Source: a virus (taxonomy: Duplodnaviria > Caudoviricetes). Taken from it: a stretch of DNA of 38,757 nucleotides. Position 1 is the stretch's first letter. Every line of letters starts with the position of its first letter. Made by a program: the position numbers and the translations under genes. The notes beneath the pieces are model-generated. The model saw only the letters and a program-made list of their open reading frames with translations, did no database searches and had not been told where the DNA came from. Positions 26,968 through 34,183 of this stretch are shown here, piece after piece. Location: the IMG/VR virus record IMGVR_UViG_3300021373_001838, positions 1-38,757 of that record. One strand, given 5' to 3'.

Positions 26968-29388
26968 TTATCGACGCTTCTTCTTGTCATCCCACTTCAT
27001 TTTAACCTTCTTCTTAGGAGCAGCTGCTGGGAGACCCTGACCTGATCCATTGAACAAGAGGTTGTCTGTAGTGGCTGTCAACTGGACAACAGTTTCCTGC
27101 AAGTTCGGTACGCTATCCTCTGCTACGATGTAGTAGTCGTATGTGGTGTTCTTAGCACCAGAGCTGAATATAAAAGAACACGACTGTCCAGCCACTGCTG
27201 CTACACTCTTAGCCTCTGGCGCTGCTGCTCCTAGTGAGTCAGTACCTGCCTTGACTTGAAAAGGCTCAGGGTAGCCTGACCCTTCTGGCAACCTAACACC
27301 GTACACAGTCCCGTTCTCGTTAATTGTTTGACGGATAGTGTGGCCTGAGATTGTTGTCTTAGCTTTATCAGGAGCAGCTGTGAATACAGGAGGCTCGTTG
27401 TCGGTAGATGATGTGTTATTAACTACAGCATCTGTAAACGTAGCAAGCTCTATACCCGTTGTGCCATCTGTGAATGTACCACCTGCCTGCGTGAAGCTAA
27501 GCGACAATACATCGTTATACTCAACAGCTGGGCTTACTGTAAAGACCCCAGTGTTAGCAGGGATAGCTGCGTTAGTGAATGTATACACCCCGCCTAGTGT
27601 ACCTGTCAATGTAAAAGGAGAGTGTGCAGGGGTTGTCTGGTTTGCAAGACTAGCTGATGAGAACACAACCGTCAATAGCGTACCTGTTTCATCTACTGTA
27701 GGATCACCCACCACTACAGGAGCTGTCGCTGTAGATTGGCTAGACACTAGAGCATCAGAGAAAGCCTCTACGTCTGTACCACCAACCGTTGCCTCTATTA
27801 CGTTAGCTCCACCTGCAAAGTTTAGAATCTCTCCACCACCACCTGCTTGTGCATATGGAGATATTGTGTAAACGATTGTGTCTGTAGTAGAACCGCTAGA
27901 GTAGGTGAGAGTTTCGCCTGTACTGAGCGTCAACCCTGTGGCTGCTGATGTTGTAACAGCTTCGCTAAATGTCAACGTCAAAGTGCTACCTGTAGAGTCG
28001 ATAACAGGTAGGTTAGGATTCATGGCTCCTTGTTCAAGAGTAGGTGCCGTTAGGGACTGTGTAGTGAATTGTGCTGACGTAGCTATGTTTGATTCGCTTG
28101 AATCTGCGCTTACATGTAAGAAATGAATGTAGTATGACGTAGCAGGAGACAAACCTGTAGCCGACACAATCTGACTACCTGTAGCTGATACAGCCTGTGT
28201 ATCACCAGCAGATGTAGCGTCTGATATGAATGTTGCATTAGGCGATGTAGGTGTAGCGCTTGCTGCTACTTCCCAGTACAGCGTACCGTCACTTTTATCC
28301 GTAGTGACAGTGCCTGTAGCTGTTGTGTTGCCTGTCGGAGTACCGATAGGGCTGGTCAGTGTTGGCGACCCCCCTGTTGTGCTTGTTGGGAAAACATCTG
28401 TTGATGCTATGTATTTATTACCAGAAGCATCTGTTCCCAGATCCGCTTCATTAGTGTGAACTACAACACTGTCTATGTTTAATGCTTGATCCTGATAAGG
28501 CTCCGTTCCTCTGGTTGAAGGCCACTGGCTAGTGTCTTTACCACCGTTCCAATAGGTGAAAAGGTACATAGATGTCACGGTATCAGTAGCACTGTTAAGT
28601 GTTCTAAAATCACCATTGGCTGTAGTTGCACTAAAGTTAGCTGTCTGCCACCCGCTGTCGTACCACCTCGCCGTTATCGTGCCGTTAGTCTCTCCTATTT
28701 GTTCGTAGGCTAGTTCATCATTGACCCAAAGTCTTTTTCTAAGCTCTGACGAGACATCACTGAGGTAGGCCGAGAATGCAATAAAATTCCACTGGCCTCT
28801 TATTAAAACTCTCGATGAATCGCGTAGGGTATCTGATTGCTGAGAAGTCTGGAAACGCTCATCTTGTAAGTTCCAACCTGTCTGTGAACCATCGCCGCCT
28901 GCTGGTGAACCAACCTGAACTTCCATCAGTTGTCCGCTATTCACACTGCGGTTAAAACGAAGCGTCTTTAAAAAACCGGGTGCTGCTCTGAAATCAAAAT
29001 CCGCAGGGACATACATCCACACCCCAGCGTGCATTGTTTTCCCTTTGTCCAAAGGTGTATCAAAGGTGAGTATACCACCAAACTGCCCTGATGTCGGTCT
29101 GGCCACAGGGTCAGTCCAAGGTGCAAATTGCAACCCTAATCCATCCCAACCTTGTGCTATAGCTAGGCGAGCAGAGCTGTCTCTTAGCCCGCCACGGGTG
29201 ATGCCTGTATCGCCCTCTGTTCCGTAACCCGCTAAGTCACCCCTACCCTTCTCACCCCACGAGGTAAACCTTTTAGCCGCAGGGGTAATAGGGTCTTGTA
29301 TATCTGTGGAGCCTGAGTAACTGCCAATGTTCTGCCCGTCTGTTAAGCCAGAAAAGTCTTTGTCTAGTGTATCCCAGTTAATCGCCAT
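26968..29388 (-). CDS. Multidomain putative virion protein: polysaccharide-lyase/ConA-like domain plus Fn3/Ig-like repeats
   Basis: WMYVPADFDF...RGQW...RLWVND...YWNGG...IDSVVV jelly-roll pattern; ATGLSPATSYYIHF and NTTYDYYIVAED Fn3-like motifs; TLTLTFSEAV Ig-like motif. Confidence 0.6.
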   Translation of the reverse strand: MAINWDTLDKDFSGLTDGQNIGSYSGSTDIQDPITPAAKRFTSWGEKGRGDLAGYGTEGDTGITRGGLRDSSARLAIAQGWDGLGLQFAPWTDPVARPTSGQFGGILTFDTPLDKGKTMHAGVWMYVPADFDFRAAPGFLKTLRFNRSVNSGQLMEVQVGSPAGGDGSQTGWNLQDERFQTSQQSDTLRDSSRVLIRGQWNFIAFSAYLSDVSSELRKRLWVNDELAYEQIGETNGTITARWYDSGWQTANFSATTANGDFRTLNSATDTVTSMYLFTYWNGGKDTSQWPSTRGTEPYQDQALNIDSVVVHTNEADLGTDASGNKYIASTDVFPTSTTGGSPTLTSPIGTPTGNTTATGTVTTDKSDGTLYWEVAASATPTSPNATFISDATSAGDTQAVSATGSQIVSATGLSPATSYYIHFLHVSADSSESNIATSAQFTTQSLTAPTLEQGAMNPNLPVIDSTGSTLTLTFSEAVTTSAATGLTLSTGETLTYSSGSTTDTIVYTISPYAQAGGGGEILNFAGGANVIEATVGGTDVEAFSDALVSSQSTATAPVVVGDPTVDETGTLLTVVFSSASLANQTTPAHSPFTLTGTLGGVYTFTNAAIPANTGVFTVSPAVEYNDVLSLSFTQAGGTFTDGTTGIELATFTDAVVNNTSSTDNEPPVFTAAPDKAKTTISGHTIRQTINENGTVYGVRLPEGSGYPEPFQVKAGTDSLGAAAPEAKSVAAVAGQSCSFIFSSGAKNTTYDYYIVAEDSVPNLQETVVQLTATTDNLLFNGSGQGLPAAAPKKKVKMKWDDKKKRR

Positions 29389-29411
29389 TCTCTATACCTG
29401 TGTTTGTTGGT

Positions 29412-29456
29412 GGGAGGAAGTCCCTTAGCTATCTTGCTGAGAGGGACTAGCCTCCC
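29412..29456 (-). promoter_or_regulatory. Long bulged intergenic hairpin (possible RNase III or mRNA-stability element)
   Basis: GGGAGG/CCTCCC and AGTCCCT/AGGGACT nested stems; no U-tract on the coding strand. Confidence 0.5.
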
Positions 29457-29463
29457 CCCATTC

Positions 29464-29868
29464 TTATCTGACTTGACTTGATCCGAAGTAGAACCCTAAC
29501 AATGCTAACATACCTTGTCTAACTTCTGGCAAGAGAACAAACCCTTTCATCTCTGTCACCAATGGCTTAGTAAACCCTAAGAAGCCTAACAGCCCACCCC
29601 TAGCCTCGTCTATCACTGTAACAGGTATATCAAAGAACGCTACAATGAATGGGGCTACAATCATAGCAAAGAGGATGGTGAAGGCTATGACACGCCTAAC
29701 TAATACACCACCCCTAGCGGCTGCCTTCTCAGCTGAGGCATCTGCTACCTCCTGCTTACGAATCATCATATCCACTTGGCGCTGTTGAGCCTCAGCCTGT
29801 GATGCTATCAACTTCATCAAGAAGCCTGATACACCACCACCAAGCATAGCAAGAAGTTCGATACTCAT
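29464..29868 (-). CDS. Holin-like membrane protein
   Basis: Hydrophobic N-terminus, VRRVIAFTILF TM segment, C-terminal LLGFYFGS as in 3TM (GTA-type) holins. Confidence 0.6.
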   Translation of the reverse strand: MSIELLAMLGGGVSGFLMKLIASQAEAQQRQVDMMIRKQEVADASAEKAAARGGVLVRRVIAFTILFAMIVAPFIVAFFDIPVTVIDEARGGLLGFLGFTKPLVTEMKGFVLLPEVRQGMLALLGFYFGSSQVR

Positions 29869-29960
29869 ATCTTCTTCTTCACTGATTTCTTCTTAGCCAC
29901 AGCTTTCTTCTTGGGGGCTGCTTTCTTAACCTTAGCCTTCTTACCGTATCCGCTCTTCAT
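29865..29960 (-). CDS. 31-aa Lys-rich peptide MKSGYGKKAKVKKAAPKKKAVAKKKSVKKKI
   Basis: GGTG RBS before ATG 29960; ATGA overlap with the next gene. Confidence 0.7.
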   Translation of the reverse strand: MKSGYGKKAKVKKAAPKKKAVAKKKSVKKKI

Positions 29961-29964
29961 AATA

Positions 29965-30249
29965 TCACCACTTAGTTTTATCAGCCCAATATGCTGCTGA
30001 CATCTTACCCTTCTTAATGTTCTTAGCATGTCTGGCTTTAAAACTAGCCCTCTTCTTCTTAGCTGCTTCACTCTCACCCTTCTTAGGCTTACCAGCTGTC
30101 TTAGCCCCCTGCTCTCCAAACCTAATAGTCTTAACCTTATCCCCTTCCTTAGCTACAACTACATGACTCTTCTTAGGATGGTTGGGTGTACGCTTAGGCT
30201 TGTTGTAGCCGCTAACACCTGCTCTCTCTAATCTTGGATCTTTAGGCAT
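29965..30249 (-). CDS. Basic phage protein (94 aa, YNKPKRTP.HP.KSH...IRFG...FKARH...SAAYWA)
   Basis: Start MPKDPRL right after the previous stop with an AGAGG RBS; motif recurrent in phage proteins. Confidence 0.75.
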   Translation of the reverse strand: MPKDPRLERAGVSGYNKPKRTPNHPKKSHVVVAKEGDKVKTIRFGEQGAKTAGKPKKGESEAAKKKRASFKARHAKNIKKGKMSAAYWADKTKW

Positions 30250-30250
30250 A

Positions 30251-30535
30251 CTATTTCCTCTTACCCTTACGACCACCAGCTGCCTTCCCTGCCTTACTGC
30301 CAATCTTACCACCGTGGCTTCTATTGGAGGAACGACTCTGTACCTTTGTATTCTTAGTAGACTTAGAACCCCCTGACTTCAGAGACTTCTTATGTCCTAC
30401 ATCCTTACCATCACCCTTCTTCACCTTCCCTGCCTTAATAGCAGCTCTCCTAGCCTTGTTCCTAGCAGCCCTATTCTTCTTCTGCTTCTCTGAGGAATGA
30501 TATTTATATTCTTGATTATAGTTTCTAGTAGGCAT
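30251..30535 (-). CDS. Basic HNH-like small protein, first gene of the late arm
   Basis: GAGG RBS; GDGKDVGHKKSLKSGG...NTKVQSRSSNRS is a degenerate HNH motif. Confidence 0.65.
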   Translation of the reverse strand: MPTRNYNQEYKYHSSEKQKKNRAARNKARRAAIKAGKVKKGDGKDVGHKKSLKSGGSKSTKNTKVQSRSSNRSHGGKIGSKAGKAAGGRKGKRK

Positions 30536-30804
30536 ACCTCTACCCCCTGATATGTGGATGTATACAAATATGTATACTTGATATGTATACTGCTCCGCAG
30601 CCAGCTACTGCTGAGAGTGCTCATTCGGGAAACACCTGCGAGGTACGAGCGTGTTTTCCAGCCAGATGAATGACTAAGTAATGATAACTACCTGAATCAG
30701 TGTTATCGATATCAACCCCCGAATAGCTCATAGCTACCATTACTTAATCATTCTCCTGCGGAGCAGCTACTCCTTGCGGAGCAATACTAAGGTGTTAAAA
30801 AACT

Positions 30805-30851
30805 ATACCTTATATTAATAGATGTCCAAAAATGAGTGTTTTTGGGTACTA
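30805..30851 (-). promoter_or_regulatory. Candidate phage-specific promoter, copy facing the late operon
   Basis: Minus strand TAGTACCCAAAAAC-N7-TTTGGACATCTATTAATATAAGGTAT; matches 35701-35748. Confidence 0.7.
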
Positions 30852-31020
30852 AATTAGGAAAATAATTTAAATTAATTTTTGGTGTGTAAGCACTCCTTAG
30901 TAATATCAAGCATTTATCTGAAATGTCAAAATTTCTCATAGATTTTTTTAGGTTGTAATGCATACAAGAACACACCCCCAACCCCCCTAGCCACCCCTAG
31001 ACAATATTCCCCTACATACT

Positions 31021-31036
31021 TGGCACATTCTTTGCA
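31021..31036 (+). promoter_or_regulatory. Sigma54-like -24/-12 site
   Basis: TGGCAC-ATTCT-TTGCA, exact consensus and spacing. Confidence 0.5.
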
Positions 31037-31323
31037 TATGTACAGCTATTTCTAGACTCATGAGTCCACTTGACATCTGGTGACAGGGGTGTCTTATACA
31101 TCCCGTACATTCCCACTTGTATATGATGAGCATATACATTGCATATCAACCACTTAGACTCCTTAGTCTAGTGACCATTGTTGTCACATTGTGCCGTATA
31201 TTGTCACTTATGTCTGTAAGCTCCTGTAAGGCCTTGTACGGGACGATAGCCATACCCTTACTATTGGCATTGGCACAACTTTATTATTGTTTTAGCCTAT
31301 ATTGTGAACAGCTCATGCATAGT

Positions 31324-31339
31324 TGGCATGGTAGTTGCT
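31324..31339 (+). promoter_or_regulatory. Second sigma54-like -24/-12 site
   Basis: TGGCAT-GGTAG-TTGCT. Confidence 0.4.
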
Positions 31340-31421
31340 TGTTGTGTTCTTACTTCTACTTATACGTAATTGCTTAGGAATCATTCTCGTTTAACTTTAC
31401 ATACCTTTACATAACTATTTG

Positions 31422-31449
31422 TTGACAATGGTTTGGTATGCTGTAAACT
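31422..31449 (+). promoter_or_regulatory. Host sigma70-type early promoter P1
   Basis: TTGACA-N16-TAAACT. Confidence 0.7.
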
Positions 31450-31501
31450 TGTTACCAAGTCGAGGCAATACAGCCAAAGCGAAAAAGATTTAAATAAAGT
31501 G

Positions 31502-31529
31502 TTGACAGGTAGTGAATAGGGTGTATACT
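31502..31529 (+). promoter_or_regulatory. Host sigma70-type early promoter P2
   Basis: TTGACA-N16-TATACT with an A/T-rich upstream element. Confidence 0.8.
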
Positions 31530-31894
31530 GTTAACAAGTCGGGGCAAACAGGGTGTTTAGCCAAAGCGACTAAAGAAGTGTGGGACTGATAGCGGGCTGC
31601 TGAAAAGATAGGCAGCTACTTAAACGCGAGAGCAGCTGGTAGGGGACTCTATAAAATCTTTACCATACCATGCGGGAGTGGTACTAAATCATCCGCAGCC
31701 ACCGACAGGGGCAGAGTAGCTACACTCACGAGACAATCAAACAAAACTCGGGAAGTAGTAAGGGACGTAAGCAATCCCGCAATGATTAGTTAGGGTGCTC
31801 TAGATATAAGGTTTGGTAGCAGTGCTGCGACACTTCACTGGATACGCTAGAGCATCTTATAGTGATCATTAACTAACTAGTATGGGGTGGTATC

Positions 31895-32083
31895 ATGAAC
31901 AGACAGCAAATGGAATACAGGCAGAAAGTCATAGCGGCTAGGAACAAAGCACCAGTTAAACGTGGAAGTCACAAACCAGCACCATTAGAGTGTACGCAGC
32001 TGGGTTTGGGTGTAGCCTCTTTATTCAAAACAGGTAACAGTCGGCCATTGTTTGGGGCGGGACGTGGGCTACCATTACATTAA
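31895..32083 (+). CDS. First early hypothetical protein (62 aa)
   Basis: GGGGTGG RBS; first ORF after the early promoters. Confidence 0.65.
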   Translation: MNRQQMEYRQKVIAARNKAPVKRGSHKPAPLECTQLGLGVASLFKTGNSRPLFGAGRGLPLH

Positions 32084-32096
32084 ATGAGGTGATATT

Positions 32097-32285
32097 ATGA
32101 GAATAGAAGTCATTAGCGAGTTTATGGGCACTGTTGACAGTGAGCTGGTAAGAGGTGATAAATTCCTCGTTAGGTTTTCGGACGGTTCAGAGCAGACTTT
32201 TAATTGTTGTAGCTTTTCGTCATTGGTGAGTCTTTTAAAGTACGAAAATAGGCTTTCAGAGGTAACATACCTGTCCGATTGTTAA
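32097..32285 (+). CDS. Early hypothetical protein (62 aa)
   Basis: GAGGTG RBS. Confidence 0.75.
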   Translation: MRIEVISEFMGTVDSELVRGDKFLVRFSDGSEQTFNCCSFSSLVSLLKYENRLSEVTYLSDC

Positions 32286-32322
32286 AAGGACGGCCAACAA
32301 TCAATTAAATAGAGGTGACACA

Positions 32323-32448
32323 ATGACTATCAATGAGAAACATACACACTTGCAACATGCGGTAGAGTATTGTAAGCTGTCGCTATGGATACTACTAATG
32401 TGTAGTCCTGCCTTTGTGATAGCACTGGCAACAACAGAGAGATTTTAA
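32323..32448 (+). CDS. 41-aa early membrane peptide (MTINEKHTHLQ...), not in ORF track
   Basis: Manual translation; repeat-motif RBS; one hydrophobic segment. Confidence 0.65.
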   Translation: MTINEKHTHLQHAVEYCKLSLWILLMCSPAFVIALATTERF

Positions 32449-32474
32449 ACAACCAATCAAATAGAGGTGATATT

Positions 32475-32684
32475 GTGATTATTTTTGATGGCATTTTAGA
32501 AGGTTGGGAAGTAGATAAGGAGCAAGGCGCTTTAGATTATGCTCGCGGCATGGTATGGAGTGAGGTAGAAACAAACGAGCAGGATATTAGCCATAAGCGT
32601 TACATAGGTACGGTTGACGGCATAGGCGTGTATTATGATTATGGGGCTGATTATTATTTCTTCACTGACGAAACAATTAAATAG
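32475..32684 (+). CDS. Early acidic hypothetical protein (69 aa)
   Basis: GAGGTG RBS, GTG start. Confidence 0.75.
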   Translation: MIIFDGILEGWEVDKEQGALDYARGMVWSEVETNEQDISHKRYIGTVDGIGVYYDYGADYYFFTDETIK

Positions 32685-32695
32685 AGGGTAACACC

Positions 32696-32944
32696 ATGAA
32701 AATTGCACTAAGTAACAATGCAGAGCTGATTATACAAGCCAATGTAAAAAAAGAAGGCGACTATAAAAAAGCAATGCAAATAGCTGAAAGAATGGAGGAG
32801 CTTGGTTATGTCGATTGTGTTGTAGCAGCATGTTGTCACTACGAGCAATGGATTCACGTGTCTGCCGTTTGGCGTGAATCTCAAGCAGAATGGCTAAGAG
32901 CGGCATATTACGCTGCAAAAAAACACGTACAATCAATCAATTAG
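32696..32944 (+). CDS. Early hypothetical protein (82 aa)
   Basis: GAGGG RBS. Confidence 0.75.
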   Translation: MKIALSNNAELIIQANVKKEGDYKKAMQIAERMEELGYVDCVVAACCHYEQWIHVSAVWRESQAEWLRAAYYAAKKHVQSIN

Positions 32945-32955
32945 AGGGTGATATT

Positions 32956-33159
32956 GTGAACCATTTACAGAAAGAACTACAGGAAAAGACCGAGCGCCTA
33001 GCGCACGACATCATAAGCCGCGACACTGGCAAGGATATTAGCGATTTTGGTGGGGAGTTTGGTTTGTTAGAGTGGCTTATTGCGGAGGGCTGCCAAGACC
33101 ATGCAAGGCTGCTGCTGTCCCTGCCGAATAGAGAACACTTAGCCGTAATACTTTTATAA
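32956..33159 (+). CDS. Early hypothetical protein (67 aa, GTG start MNHLQKEL)
   Basis: GAGGGTG RBS before GTG 32956, a better start than 32890. Confidence 0.7.
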   Translation: MNHLQKELQEKTERLAHDIISRDTGKDISDFGGEFGLLEWLIAEGCQDHARLLLSLPNREHLAVILL

Positions 33160-33186
33160 TCAATCAATTAAATAGAGGGTAACAAA

Positions 33187-33510
33187 ATGAAAACGACACT
33201 AAGCACAACACAAGCAACTGACCTGCTAATGGAGTTCGAGGCATTCGGTACAGGTAGCGACGCATACACACTGTGCTACCATATGGTGCATTACCTTGAG
33301 CAATTCGAGGATGAGACAGGGGAGGAGATATATCTTGACCCCGTGGCCATTCGCTGCGAGTATAGGGCCATTACACTGGATGAAGCGGTAAGTGACTACC
33401 AAATACCGCCACACTTTGACGGCCATGAGGGGGTGCTTCAATGGTTGCAGGACAGAACAGAGGTGATCGAGACAGACTTCAAAAACACTTACATTATACA
33501 GGAGTTTTGA
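33187..33510 (+). CDS. Early acidic hypothetical protein (107 aa)
   Basis: GAGGG RBS; YLEQFEDETGEEIYLDPVAIRCEY motif. Confidence 0.8.
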   Translation: MKTTLSTTQATDLLMEFEAFGTGSDAYTLCYHMVHYLEQFEDETGEEIYLDPVAIRCEYRAITLDEAVSDYQIPPHFDGHEGVLQWLQDRTEVIETDFKNTYIIQEF

Positions 33511-33512
33511 GC

Positions 33513-33602
33513 ATGAGATTGTACGTTATTGGAACAGCTTGTATTGTATTGTTCTATAGTTTAGTTATCAACGAGATGTTTTTTAATAGCATAATGCTAT
33601 AA
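33513..33602 (+). CDS. 29-aa hydrophobic peptide (MRLYVIGTAC...)
   Basis: Manual translation; GGAG RBS. Confidence 0.45.
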   Translation: MRLYVIGTACIVLFYSLVINEMFFNSIML

Positions 33603-33622
33603 CACAGAGAGAGGATAGAGAG

Positions 33623-33781
33623 ATGGACTTGATTATATTCACAATGGCAGCGGTAGTAATGGGCTTTATTAGTTGGCTAGTTGTACCGATAGTGCTGGGG
33701 CTAGTGGTGACAGCGTTTGTACTAGTATTTTGGAGCATACGATTCTTACTTGAACTAATCAGAGGTGACGACAATGGATAG
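33623..33781 (+). CDS. 52-aa membrane protein (MDLIIFTMAAVV...)
   Basis: Manual translation; GAGG RBS; long hydrophobic stretch. Confidence 0.65.
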   Translation: MDLIIFTMAAVVMGFISWLVVPIVLGLVVTAFVLVFWSIRFLLELIRGDDNG

Positions 33782-33935
33782 CGAATACATGGCATACTTG
33801 TACCTGCAAGGGTACACTGGCAGCGATAACAGCAACCAATACCCCATAGAAGAGGGCGACATTGATGATAGTAGTACGTGGGAGCTATTACCTGTACGTC
33901 CACCTAAGGAGGGAGAAGGGGAGGCAGTAGGGTAG
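33774..33935 (+). CDS. 53-aa acidic hypothetical protein (MDSEYMAYLYLQG...)
   Basis: Manual translation; GAGGTG RBS. Confidence 0.6.
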   Translation: MDSEYMAYLYLQGYTGSDNSNQYPIEEGDIDDSSTWELLPVRPPKEGEGEAVG

Positions 33936-34009
33936 CTAGGGTAGAGGGTGTAACGTGGCGTGTGCGTCCATACAGGAGCACACAGGACATAATACAGAGA
34001 GGGTGAGGT

Positions 34010-34183
34010 ATGTATCAAGTAATCTGGAGCAGAGAGGTAGAAGGGGAGGACTTCCCCATTCATGAGGTGGTGTATGAGGCGAGTGAATGGCAGCAATGTT
34101 ATGAGAAATTAGTTGACAATGCGAAGGCTGACATCCATACTGTTGGCTGGTACTCTATACTTGAGAAGGAGGAACGGCTATGA
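34010..34183 (+). CDS. 57-aa acidic hypothetical protein (MYQVIWSREVEG...)
   Basis: Manual translation; GAGG RBS; ATGA overlap with the next gene. Confidence 0.65.
   Translation: MYQVIWSREVEGEDFPIHEVVYEASEWQQCYEKLVDNAKADIHTVGWYSILEKEERL

Larger units (their letters stand above)
32298..33189 (+). repeat. Five copies of an intergenic motif CAAT(C/T)AA(A)T(T)AGAGG(G)T(G/A)A-N-start codon
   Basis: Copies near 32298, 32454, 32674, 32934 and 33161, each ending at a start codon. Confidence 0.85.

Noticed and set aside
26968-27020. PKKKVK...KKKRR as a nuclear localisation signal
   Set aside because: Bacteriophage context; a generic basic tail is the simpler reading
3064-30231. Many plus-strand ORFs of 60-180 aa across the late arm
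   Set aside because: Antisense shadows of the long minus-strand genes; Ser/Leu-rich, without recognisable motifs
31117-31377. 86-aa ORF in the ORF track
   Set aside because: TTG start, no RBS, upstream of the early promoters and overlapping regulatory motifs
31376-31394. Fur-box-like GAATCATTCTCGTTT
   Set aside because: Only a half-site match; insufficient without conservation data
30540-31890. tRNA genes in the non-coding block
   Set aside because: No T-loop GTTCRA motif or cloverleaf recognised by eye; tRNAscan-SE or ARAGORN would settle it
32298-33189. Regularly recurring motif as a CRISPR array
   Set aside because: Repeats are degenerate and non-palindromic, the intervals are whole genes of 125-250 bp, and no cas genes are present
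34113-34141. TTGACA-N17-CATACT sigma70-like promoter
   Set aside because: Lies inside the 34010-34183 ORF; could be real but nothing else supports it
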